DNA from: an uncultured Bacteroidota bacterium
Lineage (GTDB): Bacteria; Bacteroidota; Bacteroidia; Bacteroidales; UBA12481
Direction: 5' to 3'
DNA: 64,000 nt
NCBI GenBank assembly: GCA_903851365.1
Contig: CAINOB010000002.1
Span: 12,051-76,050, forward strand
Shown here: positions 18,364-29,400 of the stretch, one piece after another
Layout: each line of letters opens with the position of its first letter
How positions within the stretch are numbered: position 1 is the first letter of the stretch
Translations under genes and position numbers: made by a program
Notes under the pieces: generated by a model
The model's input: the letters and a program-made list of their open reading frames with translations, nothing else
Told to the model about the DNA's origin: nothing
Databases searched by the model: none

Positions 18364-21300
18364 TTATCTTTCTCCCAGGGTAATTGAAATTACTTTGGCT
18401 TTACCCTCTCTCAAAATGCCTAATTTAATGGTGTCACCAGGATGGAACTTTTTGAGTGCATCAGAATATTCCGCTAATTTTTTCACGGATTCACCGTCCA
18501 CAGAGTTTATAATATCCCCCGCAAGCAGACCGGCTTTTTCACCGCAGGAGCCCTGGATGACAGAGGCAATTTTAACGCCTTCACCGGTATAGGCAAAATC
18601 AGGAACAGAGCCTGTTGAAGCCTTTCTCTCTGTTTTAGGTTTCTCTATCAAATGAGGAGCTCCCGACGGTATTGTGCCGGTAAATTCGAACGGAATGTCT
18701 CGATCAGCAAGGTATTCCGCCACCTCTTTGGCCACTGCGGCCACTTTAACCAAACCTTTGCCGTCGATCTTATCCCAGGTATCGGAAGGGCGGTGGTAAT
18801 TTTCAGTAGCTCCGGTAAACAATTGTATGGCAGGTATCCCTTTTTCGATGAAGGCTACCTGGTCGCTGGCGTCGAGTTCCTGCTGCATCACCTCACTTTT
18901 TATGCCTGTGGTGTAATCGGTTCCCATAAATACAAACTTCCACTCTTTGGCTGTATTCCCGTTCAGCACCAGCAGTTTTTTATCGAGCAGACTCCCGTCG
19001 GTATCCAGGTTAACATTGGCTATGGTAGTTCCTGAAAAATACTTCTTTGCCTGGCTCACAAAATATCGGGACCCGATCAATCCGGCCTCTTCGCCTGTGA
19101 AAGCCACAAAAATGATGGTCCTTTTCGGCTGGATGGTTTTGGCCATCGATTTGGCTATTTCAAGCAGGATGGAAACTCCGCTGGCATTATCATCGGCTCC
19201 ATGATGGATTTTACCCTCATCACCTTTGTGCACATCGGGCCAGCCCAAACCCAGGTGGTCGTAATGCGCTGAGATCACTACCGGTGAATCTTTTAGCTTT
19301 TCATCGGTGCCCTTTATTATGGCGACCACATTTTTCATTTTCACCTCGCCTTTGCCAGGTAAATTTTGGGAGAATGGCTGGAACCAGGAGTTCCCCATGG
19401 TCTCTAAACCATACTCTTTAAATTTTTCGGCGATATAGTTTGCGGCGGAATCCAGTTCAGGGGTACCCAACCCGCGACCTTTCAACTTGTCGGATGCCAA
19501 ATATTTAATGTGATCCATCATGCGCTGCTCCGAAAAAATGGGAGCCAGAGTACCCAACGGCGCTCTTTTCTGTACCATATTTACGTTTTGGGCTTTGCTG
19601 TCAAAAATTCTAATCAGCGGAGAATTCAGTACCGGCCATTCCCCTTTTGCAACATTTACCGGTTCGTCGCCTTCGAATCCCAGGTAGCTATATTTACCGT
19701 AATGCGGCAATTTTGTAATGAGGCCTGGAATAGCTGCCTTATTATCCAAAGCGATGAATGCCTGGTTTAAGTCAGCGTTTTGTGCATTATAAACAGTTAA
19801 TACAAAACTGTGATTTTCCTTTGCGGTCGCATGATTTTCATACCTAACCGAATCGCCGGTGAGTGATGAGTGGGAGCTCGCAATGGCACTGTTAATCTGG
19901 GCTGCATACTTGTTTTCAAAACCGATGATCCAGGTCGTTCTATTGGCTGGCAAGCTGGTTATTTCGTTGTCATATACAACCTCAAACTTATCATTGTCGG
20001 CAGCTTTCCACTGGCTGACAAATTCCTGATACAATTTCTTCTTGTTTTCATCAGCCTTGAAAGGCAAAACGACCAGGTTATCCTTGCTGGCCAGGATTTT
20101 CGACCAGGTAGGCGGCACCTCCATCGGATCGAGAATTCTGAAAACATCGTATTGCGGATCAACCGCCAGCTTGAGCGGTTCATTATTCAGATCAAATTCA
20201 AAAGCCTGCTTCCGCTCTTTCATGTTCACCATAAACGTTTTGGGTTCCTTCTCCGTGGCAATGACAATGGGAATATCGACCGTAAAGACATCTGCCTTCT
20301 GTTTTTGCTCGAGTATCAGTGTAACATGAAATTTATCGCCGGATTTGGCGACCCTGGCGTCATTGATGGCGATCTCCGGCGCCCCGGTGCGGGTGAGCCA
20401 TTGATTGAAGAATGGTTTTAAATCCCTGCCTGTAACCGTTTCAAATGAAATCCGGATATCATCGAACGAAGCGGTTTTAAATCTGAAGTTTTGATAAAAC
20501 AGGGCAAACCCTTTCTTGAAATTCTCCTCGCCAACGGCACGTCTCAGCATGTGCATCAGCATCATCGATTTTCCATATCCAATGGCTTCGCTGGCTGCAT
20601 CATGGCGGGATATGAATTTGTTGAGTGGAAAATCGTTGGTTGCGTCCACGACATTCGAAAATTTCTGCAGGGTGGAGCGGCGGTAGTCGTCACCCTGTTC
20701 CCGTTGTTCACTGATCAGGTGATCAGCTTCATACGCGGTTATTCCTTCGCACCAGTTTCCATTGCTGAAATCCACATAAACGCTGTTTCCCCACCAGTTA
20801 TGCAGTAATTCATGCGGATAGGAGGAATGCAAAATAAATGGGAAGCGGATAATTTTTTCGCCCAGGAGGGTGAACGAGGGCATTCCGTAGCCTGTTTCCC
20901 AAAAATTCTCGACCAATGCAAATTTCGTGTATGGATAAGGCCCGGTCAGCTTCTGGTACATATCCATGTATTGTTCGGTCACATCCAGATATTTGCCTGC
21001 CAGCGCCTCGTCGGGCGTGCGTAAGAATGCCATGGCGTCAATGCCGCAGTTCATTTTGTGCGAATACTCAGTGAATCGGGCGCCGATCAGAAAAACCTCC
21101 TCCTGCGGAGTATTGCATTTCCACGAATCGATATGCTGGTCGCCTTTTGTTATTTCGTTGGTTCGTTCGCCCTGCGAAACGGTTTTCCAGCCCGCGGGTA
21201 AAGAAGTGGTTAAACTATAAGTGACATCTTTATCAGGAAAAGAAGGAACCCAGAAGGTTGAGCCTGCGAGATATATTCCTGTTTCGCCAATAATTCCCGG

Positions 21301-21723
21301 CGATTCACTGAATCCTCTGGCATAATCTTCCGCGCTGCCGGAAAAGGCGAAATCAATTTTCCCTTCGTACCGGACAACGAAACCCACCGATCCCTTCTGC
21401 AGTTTTACTTTCCATCTATTCACCTTAATGGTGCTGCCGGTGCCGCCGCTGTCGTCGCGGTCCATGCCCACATCTTTCGCTTTTTCACCGGATGCCATTT
21501 TCTCTGCCTTGGCATTCTTCGAAAACGAAGTAGGCGTGAGCGATGCATTGAGACTGAACTCTGTTTCAAGCGACTGCAGGTTGATTATGGAATCGATTAC
21601 CGCGATATGGGCAGTCGTCGGGTTGATTTGAACGGTTAAAGTATGCTGTACCGTTTTATTTTGTTGCGTAAACCCGGCTAAAGTGGTCATTAACAGCAGG
21701 CCTGCTGCAAGGAATTTGTTCAT
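18364..21723 (-). CDS. Tri-domain secreted peptidase: M1-like gluzincin + M28 aminopeptidase + C-terminal PDZ
   Basis: HELLHNWWGN followed by E at +18 (NWCEG) is the HEXXH-X18-E gluzincin signature. Later SAHYDHLG, GADDNASGVSILLE and FVAFTGEEAGLIGSRYF are M28 motifs. The final ~85 aa (GVKIASVIQGSCGEKAGLLAGDIINSVDG...) look like a PDZ domain. Confidence 0.7.
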   Translation of the reverse strand: MNKFLAAGLLLMTTLAGFTQQNKTVQHTLTVQINPTTAHIAVIDSIINLQSLETEFSLNASLTPTSFSKNAKAEKMASGEKAKDVGMDRDDSGGTGSTIKVNRWKVKLQKGSVGFVVRYEGKIDFAFSGSAEDYARGFSESPGIIGETGIYLAGSTFWVPSFPDKDVTYSLTTSLPAGWKTVSQGERTNEITKGDQHIDSWKCNTPQEEVFLIGARFTEYSHKMNCGIDAMAFLRTPDEALAGKYLDVTEQYMDMYQKLTGPYPYTKFALVENFWETGYGMPSFTLLGEKIIRFPFILHSSYPHELLHNWWGNSVYVDFSNGNWCEGITAYEADHLISEQREQGDDYRRSTLQKFSNVVDATNDFPLNKFISRHDAASEAIGYGKSMMLMHMLRRAVGEENFKKGFALFYQNFRFKTASFDDIRISFETVTGRDLKPFFNQWLTRTGAPEIAINDARVAKSGDKFHVTLILEQKQKADVFTVDIPIVIATEKEPKTFMVNMKERKQAFEFDLNNEPLKLAVDPQYDVFRILDPMEVPPTWSKILASKDNLVVLPFKADENKKKLYQEFVSQWKAADNDKFEVVYDNEITSLPANRTTWIIGFENKYAAQINSAIASSHSSLTGDSVRYENHATAKENHSFVLTVYNAQNADLNQAFIALDNKAAIPGLITKLPHYGKYSYLGFEGDEPVNVAKGEWPVLNSPLIRIFDSKAQNVNMVQKRAPLGTLAPIFSEQRMMDHIKYLASDKLKGRGLGTPELDSAANYIAEKFKEYGLETMGNSWFQPFSQNLPGKGEVKMKNVVAIIKGTDEKLKDSPVVISAHYDHLGLGWPDVHKGDEGKIHHGADDNASGVSILLEIAKSMAKTIQPKRTIIFVAFTGEEAGLIGSRYFVSQAKKYFSGTTIANVNLDTDGSLLDKKLLVLNGNTAKEWKFVFMGTDYTTGIKSEVMQQELDASDQVAFIEKGIPAIQLFTGATENYHRPSDTWDKIDGKGLVKVAAVAKEVAEYLADRDIPFEFTGTIPSGAPHLIEKPKTERKASTGSVPDFAYTGEGVKIASVIQGSCGEKAGLLAGDIINSVDGESVKKLAEYSDALKKFHPGDTIKLGILREGKAKVISITLGER

Positions 21724-21743
21724 TCGATTATTATTTTAGTTCA

Positions 21744-21863
21744 TTACCGGTTGGCAAGATCGGAATAAACGCCGTATTCCCCGAACATCAATTTGGCGCT
21801 GATCTCGCCGGCATGATGTATCTGGTCTAAAACAAATTCGAGAAAGTTTTTAGTTGATGCCAT
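21744..21863 (-). pseudogene. Truncated TfoX N-terminal-domain gene fragment (39 codons)
   Basis: My translation of the minus strand is MASTKNFLEFVLDQIHHAGEISAKLMFGEYGVYSDLANR*. It matches the start of TfoX_N-domain proteins (..F.e.v.dql...g.v..+.MFGeygly) but stops after 39 aa, whereas these proteins usually run to ~100+ aa. Confidence 0.5.
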
Positions 21864-21948
21864 GATGCTCACTATTTTGTCAATTATTTAGTCCTCGATT
21901 GCCTCAATACCTTGTTGCTTAAGTCGCTCCAGGTTATCCTTCATGGCT

Positions 21949-22368
21949 TTATAGTTCCAGGGTTTTAATAAATTCACTTGCTGTCATAACAGGAATCTTT
22001 GAAGTTTTAAAGTCTTTCAAATTCCGTGTAATTAATATTTCTTGACTATTCTCGATTGCTGAGTAATATTGAATTGCATCTTCGAAATCCCCAAATCCAT
22101 TATCATTTAACGCCAAGTCAATAATTTTGTCGTTTAACGACAAAACTGCAGTAAGTATTTTAAACTTTCGAAGAATCTCTTTTGCTGTCGAGGCAGAGTT
22201 AGTCTTTTGCAATAAGTAATTTGTATTGGCAAAAGTCAATGACGAAACACTAAGCTTTACCTTATTTTTATCGGAAAGAGAAAATAATTTTGCTGCATCT
22301 TCGTAAAAAGGATCTCTTTCAGCAAGCAAATCGATTACAATATTTGTATCAATGAATAACTTTCTCAT
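21949..22368 (-). CDS. PIN-domain toxin (VapC-like) of a type II toxin-antitoxin pair
   Basis: 139 aa with an N-terminal LFIDTNIVIDLL acidic motif typical of PIN nucleases. It overlaps the upstream small gene by 4 nt. Confidence 0.75.
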   Translation of the reverse strand: MRKLFIDTNIVIDLLAERDPFYEDAAKLFSLSDKNKVKLSVSSLTFANTNYLLQKTNSASTAKEILRKFKILTAVLSLNDKIIDLALNDNGFGDFEDAIQYYSAIENSQEILITRNLKDFKTSKIPVMTASEFIKTLEL

Positions 22369-22610
22369 TTGTACTTGTCAGATAAGTAATTACCATAATC
22401 CTTTTTGAAATCATAATCTGCGGTAAGCTTAACCACTCCACTTAAACTCCTCACCAATGGCGTAATTTCAATATCCTTTGATTTTTGCTGTGTGACAGAA
22501 TCCAAATAGGACTCTATCATACGAGAAACGCTGATATTGTGATTTCGAGCATATGATTTCGCTCTGGAAATCACATTACTGTCCAATCGGACTGTTAATT
22601 TCGAATCCAT
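22365..22610 (-). CDS. Antitoxin partner of the PIN toxin (DUF6364-like)
   Basis: 81-aa ORF overlapping the PIN gene. The N-terminus KLTVRLDSNVISRAKSYARNHNISVSRMIESYL resembles the small antitoxins paired with PIN genes in Bacteroidota. Confidence 0.6.
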   Translation of the reverse strand: MDSKLTVRLDSNVISRAKSYARNHNISVSRMIESYLDSVTQQKSKDIEITPLVRSLSGVVKLTADYDFKKDYGNYLSDKYK

Positions 22611-22739
22611 AGTTTTATATTTTTGACGTACAAATATATATTATTCATACGTCAATTTCAAATTTATTAGCTGGCATTGTTTGTTGCATATATGGAGATT
22701 TTAGACTAATTTTTGGCTATTAAATCTAAACTAAAAACC

Positions 22740-23588
22740 ATGTCAATAAAAGTAGGATGTTTTGCGTTGGTCAACCCGTTCAGCCTGCTCGAAGCACAGC
22801 TGGACCAGATCAAACAATGGGGTTTCAGCTGCGGCGACCTCACCGACAACTCGGATGGCGCCTGCCTGGGCGTTGAATACGGTTTCACCGCACTCGCCAG
22901 CCTTGATGCAAACCCATTCGATATCAAGCGACTGTTTGAAAGCCGTGGACTGATACTTTCCAGTGTTTGCGCTCACGCTAACCTTCTTGATCCGTCGGCG
23001 CCCTCTCGTTACGGAACTGCTCAGATCATCAAGGCGGTAAAACTGGCCGGTGCCATCGGGGTAAAACATGTGATCACGGCCGAAGGGGATCCCAGAACGC
23101 CTTTCGGGAAAAGTCTGACCATCGATGAAGCCATTTTCTCCATTGCCGAGAAATTGTATGAACCACTCAGGTTTGCTGAAGATTATGGCGTAAAGATCCT
23201 GATCGAACCGCATGGTCATATTTCGGACTCGGTGGAACTCATGGGCCGGTTGCTCAACAAGTGCAATTCCAAAGCCCTGGCTATAAACCTCGATACCGGA
23301 AATCTTTGGCTGGGGGGCGGTGATTCACTGGAAATGATTGAAAAATTCGGACCCTTGATCGAGCATGTTCACTGGAAGGATCTGCCAGCCGAAATGATTG
23401 AAAAAAGGGGCATCCAGTTTGGCTGCGGCATGTCGCTCACCGCCCTTGGTGAGGGTGTTATCGGCATTGAAGCCATATACAAGGCTCTGGTAAAATCGGG
23501 TTTCGACGGCTATTCGACCTTGGAAATTGCCGGGGAAGAGGCCGTTTTGAAGAGCTTTGAATATCTGAAAAAATTGGGTGCGAAATAG
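22740..23588 (+). CDS. Sugar phosphate isomerase/epimerase (xylose-isomerase-like TIM barrel) family protein
   Basis: About 280 aa with blocks typical of the AP-endonuclease-2/xylose-isomerase-like TIM barrel (KILIEPHG, NLDTGNLWLGG, HVHWKD, STLEI). The track start 22713 is TTG; the ATG is at 22740. No signal peptide. Confidence 0.7.
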   Translation: MSIKVGCFALVNPFSLLEAQLDQIKQWGFSCGDLTDNSDGACLGVEYGFTALASLDANPFDIKRLFESRGLILSSVCAHANLLDPSAPSRYGTAQIIKAVKLAGAIGVKHVITAEGDPRTPFGKSLTIDEAIFSIAEKLYEPLRFAEDYGVKILIEPHGHISDSVELMGRLLNKCNSKALAINLDTGNLWLGGGDSLEMIEKFGPLIEHVHWKDLPAEMIEKRGIQFGCGMSLTALGEGVIGIEAIYKALVKSGFDGYSTLEIAGEEAVLKSFEYLKKLGAK

Positions 23589-23600
23589 AAAGATTTACAA

Positions 23601-26459
23601 ATGAAACTGTCCTATATCCGATTCGCTAAGATCCTTGCATTTTCGTTATTGACATCGTTTCTGCTGGTACAGTGTACCCATAAAATGCCATCAGTTGGGA
23701 AACTGGAGGAAGGTTTCAAAAATCCTTCCATCGAGAACAGGCCACTCGCCTTTTATGACTGGTTAAACGGATATGTCGATACCACAAAGATGGTTTTCGA
23801 GCTGAATGAGATGAAGAGGCAAGGCATGCGGGGAGCATTCATCTGGGATGTGGGAGCACTTTCAGATCCGGGTAAGATGATTCCGGCAGGTCCGGCCTTT
23901 CTGGGTAAAGAATCGCTGAAAACCATATGGCTGGCGTTGAAAACCGCAGGCCGACTTGGTCTGGAAATGGGGATGATCGCTTCGAGCAGCTGGAACGCCG
24001 GGGGCGACTGGATTGGTGCAGCTGATGCCAGCAAGCAGCTGCTTAGTACCACCCGCGTGGTTATCGGGCCATCAAAACAGAGGATAATGATCGGGAAACC
24101 TGAAAGTGAAGTTGGTAAAGCCAATGCCAGCTCAGTGATAAGCTCCATCGCCATACCGCATTCCGACTCAAAGAAAATCGATTATGCCAGCCTTAAGACG
24201 ATTTCCCTGGATGAGTTCAGGACATCGGATAAGTATATAGACTGGCAGGTACCCGAAGGGAAATGGGATGTCATCTCTTTTTTTATGTACAATACCGGCC
24301 AGCCTTTGGAGTGCCCGAGTCCGAATTCCAACGGACCGATGATCGACCATCTGAGTAAAAGGGCAACGCAGATTCATTTTGATACCATCCTTTCCCGGCT
24401 GGCCAGCATCAGTACGCCGGAAAGCCGGTTAAAGTTCCTGGAGGTCGACAGCTATGAGGTTTGGCCCGCGAAAGACTGGACGCCCGGTTTCATTCAGGAA
24501 TTCACCACCCGTTATGGATATGATCCCAAACCCTTTCTTCCTCTTCTGCAGGGGTATAAGAGTAAAGACAGCATTGTCGGGGAAAGGTTTCTGGGTGATT
24601 ACAACCGAATGGTCGGCGACATGATCATTGAAAATCATTTTAAGCAAGCTTCCGATCTGGTAAATGCCAAAGGAATGAAGTTGTTCGCCGAGGCCGGCCA
24701 TGGAGGTTATCCGCGCGTAGAACCGTTGAAAGGACTTGGAAATGCTGATGTGCCTATGGGGGAATTCTGGAACCGGCAGCGATTCTGGGTTACCAAGGAG
24801 GCAGCCAGCGCGGCGCATATTTACGGGAAACAGGTGGTGGCGGCTGAATCGCTTACGGGCTGGAACCATTGGCAGCACGGTCCGGCCGATTATAAGCAAT
24901 TGATTGATATCGCCTTCTGCGAGGGTCTCAATCAGATTGTATTCCACACTTTCGCGCATAATCCCGCAATCGCAGGTAAGCCTGGGTTTGCCTATCATGC
25001 CGGTGAACACCTCAATGTTAATACCACCTGGTGGAATATGGTGCGGCCATTCATGGATTATCTCAGCAGGTGCTCTTATTTGTTAAGACAGGGTAATTTT
25101 GTGGGAGATGCCTGCCTTTATTATGGTGACCAGCAACCCAATCTGATACCGCCCAAACGGATCGATCCGAATATCAAGCCCATATACAATGACGACCAGT
25201 GCTTGCATTGCGGCCAGCCCAAGCCAGTGAATGTGGGGCCATTGGAAGGCTATGATTTTGACTATATCAATGCCGATATTATCACAAGCACATTAAGGGT
25301 GGAAGATGGAAAACTGGTGCTGCCCTCCGGCATATCCTACCGGGTGATGCTGCTGCCGAACAGGGTGGATATCTCTTTTGAAGTATTAAAAAGCCTGGAG
25401 AAACTGGTATCTGATGGAGCTACCGTGATTGGACCAAAGCCGGAAAGAAGCACCTCGCTAAAAAATTATCCGGATTGCGACAATGAGATAAAAACCATTG
25501 CCGGGAAGTTATGGGGTCAGGCGGATGGCAAAAGTGTATTTTCAAACACCTTCGGAAAAGGAAAAGTATATTGGGGCAAAACGGTGAAAGAGGTTTTGGA
25601 GGAGATGAAAGTAAAGCAGGATCTTGAGGTAAAAGGCATCGATAATAGTCAATATGTGATCGATTATATCCATCACCGGACAGCAGGTGAGGACATCTAT
25701 TTTGTTTCAAACAGCAGTCCTGCAGAGCAACACGTGACCTGTACCTTCCGGGTGGACTCCAACAGGGTTCCGGAATTGTGGGACGCTGAATCGGGTCTTA
25801 TACAACGATCGGTGAAGTACTCAAAAGTGGACGGTGGGATCAGCATCGAACTGATCATGGATCCATTGGCATCCAGGTTTGTCGTTTTTAAAGATAAATC
25901 CTCCGGGAAAAATGACAAGGACCTTTCGGCAGATCTGCAGTTTGGTTTTTCCGGTCATTCCACTGCCACTGCTCCGATCGATCTGACGGACAGGTGGACG
26001 GTAAGCTTTGATCAGTCCATGGGTGGACCATCGACCTTTAAAATGGAAAAATTGATAGATTGGACGGCAGCAGATTCAGCAGGGGTAAAGTTCTATTCAG
26101 GCACCGCAAATTATACCAGGCAGTTTACCATTGAAAAGGAAATGCTTGCAAAGGGAACACACGCTTATGTAACTTTTGAGAATATTCAGAAGGTCGCGCG
26201 GGTAATCATTAATGGCACCGATTGTGGAATTATCTGGACTCCCCCATACCAGGCTGATATTACGGAACATATCAAACCGGGAATCAATGAGATTCAGGTT
26301 CAGGTCACGAATACCTGGAACAACAGGATTGTAGGAGATTGGAGAAATCCGGATAAACCTCCCTACACCCACACGAATGCAAAAGGCCATTTTAGTGCGA
26401 AAAGCGCGTTGTTGCCTTCGGGGTTAATTGGAAAGGCGGGAATATTCTTTGTTAAGTGA
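23601..26459 (+). CDS. Large secreted glycoside hydrolase, GH106-like (alpha-L-rhamnosidase type), with a C-terminal galactose-binding-like domain
   Basis: Lipoprotein-like signal (LLVQC). The N-terminal pattern FKNPSIENRPLAFYDWLNGYVDTTKMVFELNEMKRQGMRG and the C-terminal ARVIINGTDCGIIWTPPYQADIT...VTNTWNNRIVGD resemble GH106-type proteins, which are often annotated as GH2 sugar-binding. The family assignment is from memory only. Confidence 0.5.
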   Translation: MKLSYIRFAKILAFSLLTSFLLVQCTHKMPSVGKLEEGFKNPSIENRPLAFYDWLNGYVDTTKMVFELNEMKRQGMRGAFIWDVGALSDPGKMIPAGPAFLGKESLKTIWLALKTAGRLGLEMGMIASSSWNAGGDWIGAADASKQLLSTTRVVIGPSKQRIMIGKPESEVGKANASSVISSIAIPHSDSKKIDYASLKTISLDEFRTSDKYIDWQVPEGKWDVISFFMYNTGQPLECPSPNSNGPMIDHLSKRATQIHFDTILSRLASISTPESRLKFLEVDSYEVWPAKDWTPGFIQEFTTRYGYDPKPFLPLLQGYKSKDSIVGERFLGDYNRMVGDMIIENHFKQASDLVNAKGMKLFAEAGHGGYPRVEPLKGLGNADVPMGEFWNRQRFWVTKEAASAAHIYGKQVVAAESLTGWNHWQHGPADYKQLIDIAFCEGLNQIVFHTFAHNPAIAGKPGFAYHAGEHLNVNTTWWNMVRPFMDYLSRCSYLLRQGNFVGDACLYYGDQQPNLIPPKRIDPNIKPIYNDDQCLHCGQPKPVNVGPLEGYDFDYINADIITSTLRVEDGKLVLPSGISYRVMLLPNRVDISFEVLKSLEKLVSDGATVIGPKPERSTSLKNYPDCDNEIKTIAGKLWGQADGKSVFSNTFGKGKVYWGKTVKEVLEEMKVKQDLEVKGIDNSQYVIDYIHHRTAGEDIYFVSNSSPAEQHVTCTFRVDSNRVPELWDAESGLIQRSVKYSKVDGGISIELIMDPLASRFVVFKDKSSGKNDKDLSADLQFGFSGHSTATAPIDLTDRWTVSFDQSMGGPSTFKMEKLIDWTAADSAGVKFYSGTANYTRQFTIEKEMLAKGTHAYVTFENIQKVARVIINGTDCGIIWTPPYQADITEHIKPGINEIQVQVTNTWNNRIVGDWRNPDKPPYTHTNAKGHFSAKSALLPSGLIGKAGIFFVK

Positions 26460-26485
26460 TTTTTCTATTGGAAACAGGTAAGTTT

Positions 26486-29400
26486 TTATTGCTTTATCGC
26501 TCTTCCAGGATCAACAACCTTTAAATCCAATTGCTTCACTGCATCATTGAATGCTGGAATCTGTTTGTCAAAAACAACTTGTAACCGCCTTAATTCAGGA
26601 GTTAATCTCGCATTCAGTTCTTCAAAAACCTTGTTTTCCTGCTCTGTTGGTTTAGCATCAGCCGTGCGTATGAAATCCTGCAATGAATTGTATCGCTCAA
26701 ATAATTGCATTGGATAGCGAAGAGCATCTTCGTTTGCCTTGATCCTGGAATTGATGAGTGTGTCGCCAATGATTTTCAATGAATCAAGTAATGGCTTTGC
26801 TACTTTTTTCAGGGATATAATTTTTGTTGAGTCGCTGAAACTGTTGATGAAATTGTTCACCTGGCTTTGTACACCACGGATCTGCAGGATTGTTTTAATA
26901 ATTTCATTTTGCTTCTTATTCAGTGCCATCATTAAATCGAACTGCGATTTTAAATCTTCCTGAGACGTTTTTATTTTCGGATTTAGCACGACTGAAAAAT
27001 TTCTTTTCATCAAAAGGGAATCACCTTTCATCAACTTTACGATGTAATTTCCGGGTAGTGCTTTAGCGCCTGCCAATGAACCTGCTGACCAGTATTCTTC
27101 TTCAAAGTGTTTTGCATCAGGGTAAACTAAATTCCAAACAAATCGATTCATGCCACTGTCGGTTGGCAAAATATCGTCCTGGTGTTTTGGGTCTTCATAA
27201 AGATTTATAACCTTCTTAAGTGGTTTTCCATACTTATCAAACTTGTTGGAGAATGTAATTATACTATCGCCATCTGATGAATAGAAGACCAATTTAATTT
27301 CCCCTTTTGGCTTTTCTTTCAGATAATAATCTATGATGACTCCATTTGGCGCATTGGTGCCGGCTTGTTTTTTTATCGTCTCGTCTTTTTCAGGATCAAG
27401 CTGCTTTCCATCCATGCGAATTGCAACATTGGGCTGATACAGCCAATAATCAGCATTTGAAACTGAATCGCTGATCTGATAGAATGGAGTTAAATCATCC
27501 AGCACCCAAAATCCTCTGCCATGTGTAGCTATTACCAGATCCTTTAGATCTTTTTTTACCTGCATATCATGCACAGGGGTAACCGGAAGATTCAGTTGCA
27601 GGGATTGCCAGTTATCACCATTGTTAAATGAAATATATGCCGATGTTTCTGTTCCTGCATACAACAGATTCTTTCTGTTGGGATCTTCACGAACACAACG
27701 GGAATACACATTCACGGCTAAGCCATTCGTGATCAGTGTCCATGTTTTTCCATAATTGGTAGTACGATAAATATATGGACGTGTATCGTCGAGACGATAA
27801 CGATGCGCTGCAAAAAAACAGGTACCCGCTTCAAAATGTGATGGCTCGATAATACTCACCGTCAACCATGCAGGTAAATCTTTTGGTGTCACATCACTCC
27901 ATGTTTTTCCATCATCGGTACTCAGGTGAATAAGTCCATCATCACTGCCTGCCCATAGTTCGCCAATTTTAACCGGTGATTCTGCGAATGCATAAACAGT
28001 GCAGAAAATTTCGGCACCGGTGTTGTCGGGTGTAATCGGCCCTCCACTTTGTAATTGCTTTGAAGGATCATTACGTGTGAGATCGGGAGAAATGGTTTCC
28101 CAGCTCATTCCACCATTTTTAGTGCGGTGCACAAATTGCGAAGTGCAGTACATTACCTGGTTGTTCCAAGGGGAGAATGAAATCGGATAGGTCCATGCAA
28201 AACGATTCTTCAAGAAGTTAGCACCCCATCCATCATTGATAAGCGGATAAACAGAAACACTTTGATACTGCTCATTTTTTTTATCATGACGACTCATGAT
28301 GCCATCATATTCGCCGCCATAGGAAACCGCAGGATCAGCGGGGTCGGGAACAATGTATCCGGCTTCGCCTCCTGCAGGAACATACCAATCATTTCTTGAG
28401 ATTGATTCTCCATAAGATCTGGTTGCTATCCGAACGGGTCCCAAGTCCTGCTGACCGCCGTATGCGTGATATGGAAAATCGTTATCAAGGTTCACATGAT
28501 AAAACTGCCCTGTGGGTAAATCTTCACTTGTCCAGGTTCTTCCACCATTAAAAGTGACTGAAGCACTTCCATCATCAGAGATAATAAAATTGTCAGAGTT
28601 GTTTGGATTAATCCACATGTCGTGATTGTCTCCATGCTCCTGAAGGATTTTTGTGAACGTAATTCCACCATCAATTGATTTCCAAAAATCAACATTGCTC
28701 ACATAAAGAACATTCTCATTATTCGGGTCACAAAAAATTTCAGAGAAATACCATGGACGCTGGGAAAGATCGTTTTTTACAGAAGCGATGCTCCATGTTT
28801 TTCCGGCATTATCACTTTTGTATAAACCGGGATGAGCTTTGTTTTCAATCATGGCATACACCCGTTGTGGATTGGTTGCTGAAACGGCAACACATATTTT
28901 TCCTAACAATCCCTTTGGCATTCCGGGATTTTGGGAAAGTGAATTCCATGTGTCTCCTCCATCAGTGCTTTTATACAAACCACTTCCCATTCCGCCACTT
29001 GCAAGTGCCCAGGGTTTCCGGTTCACCTGCCACAAGGAAGCGTAAATAATATTGGGATTAGTGGGATCAAAATCAATATCAATTGCGCCGGTACTGTCGT
29101 TCTTATAGAGTACCTGCTGCCAAGTTTTTCCTCCATCCTTTGTCCGGTATATGCCTCGCTCTTTGTTCACTCCGAACATTTTACCTGTTATAGCCGCAAA
29201 AGCGATATCGGAATTTTTTTGGTGAACAATTATTTTTCCTATTGCAGATGCATCAAGCGTCAGCACATGCTTCCATGTTTTACCTTCATCGATGCTTTTA
29301 TAAATGCCATCACCCATAATTGCGGTGTTGCGAATGGCAGCTTCGCCCATTCCTGCATAAATCACATTCGGATCATTTGGAGCAACAGCCAGGGCACCCA

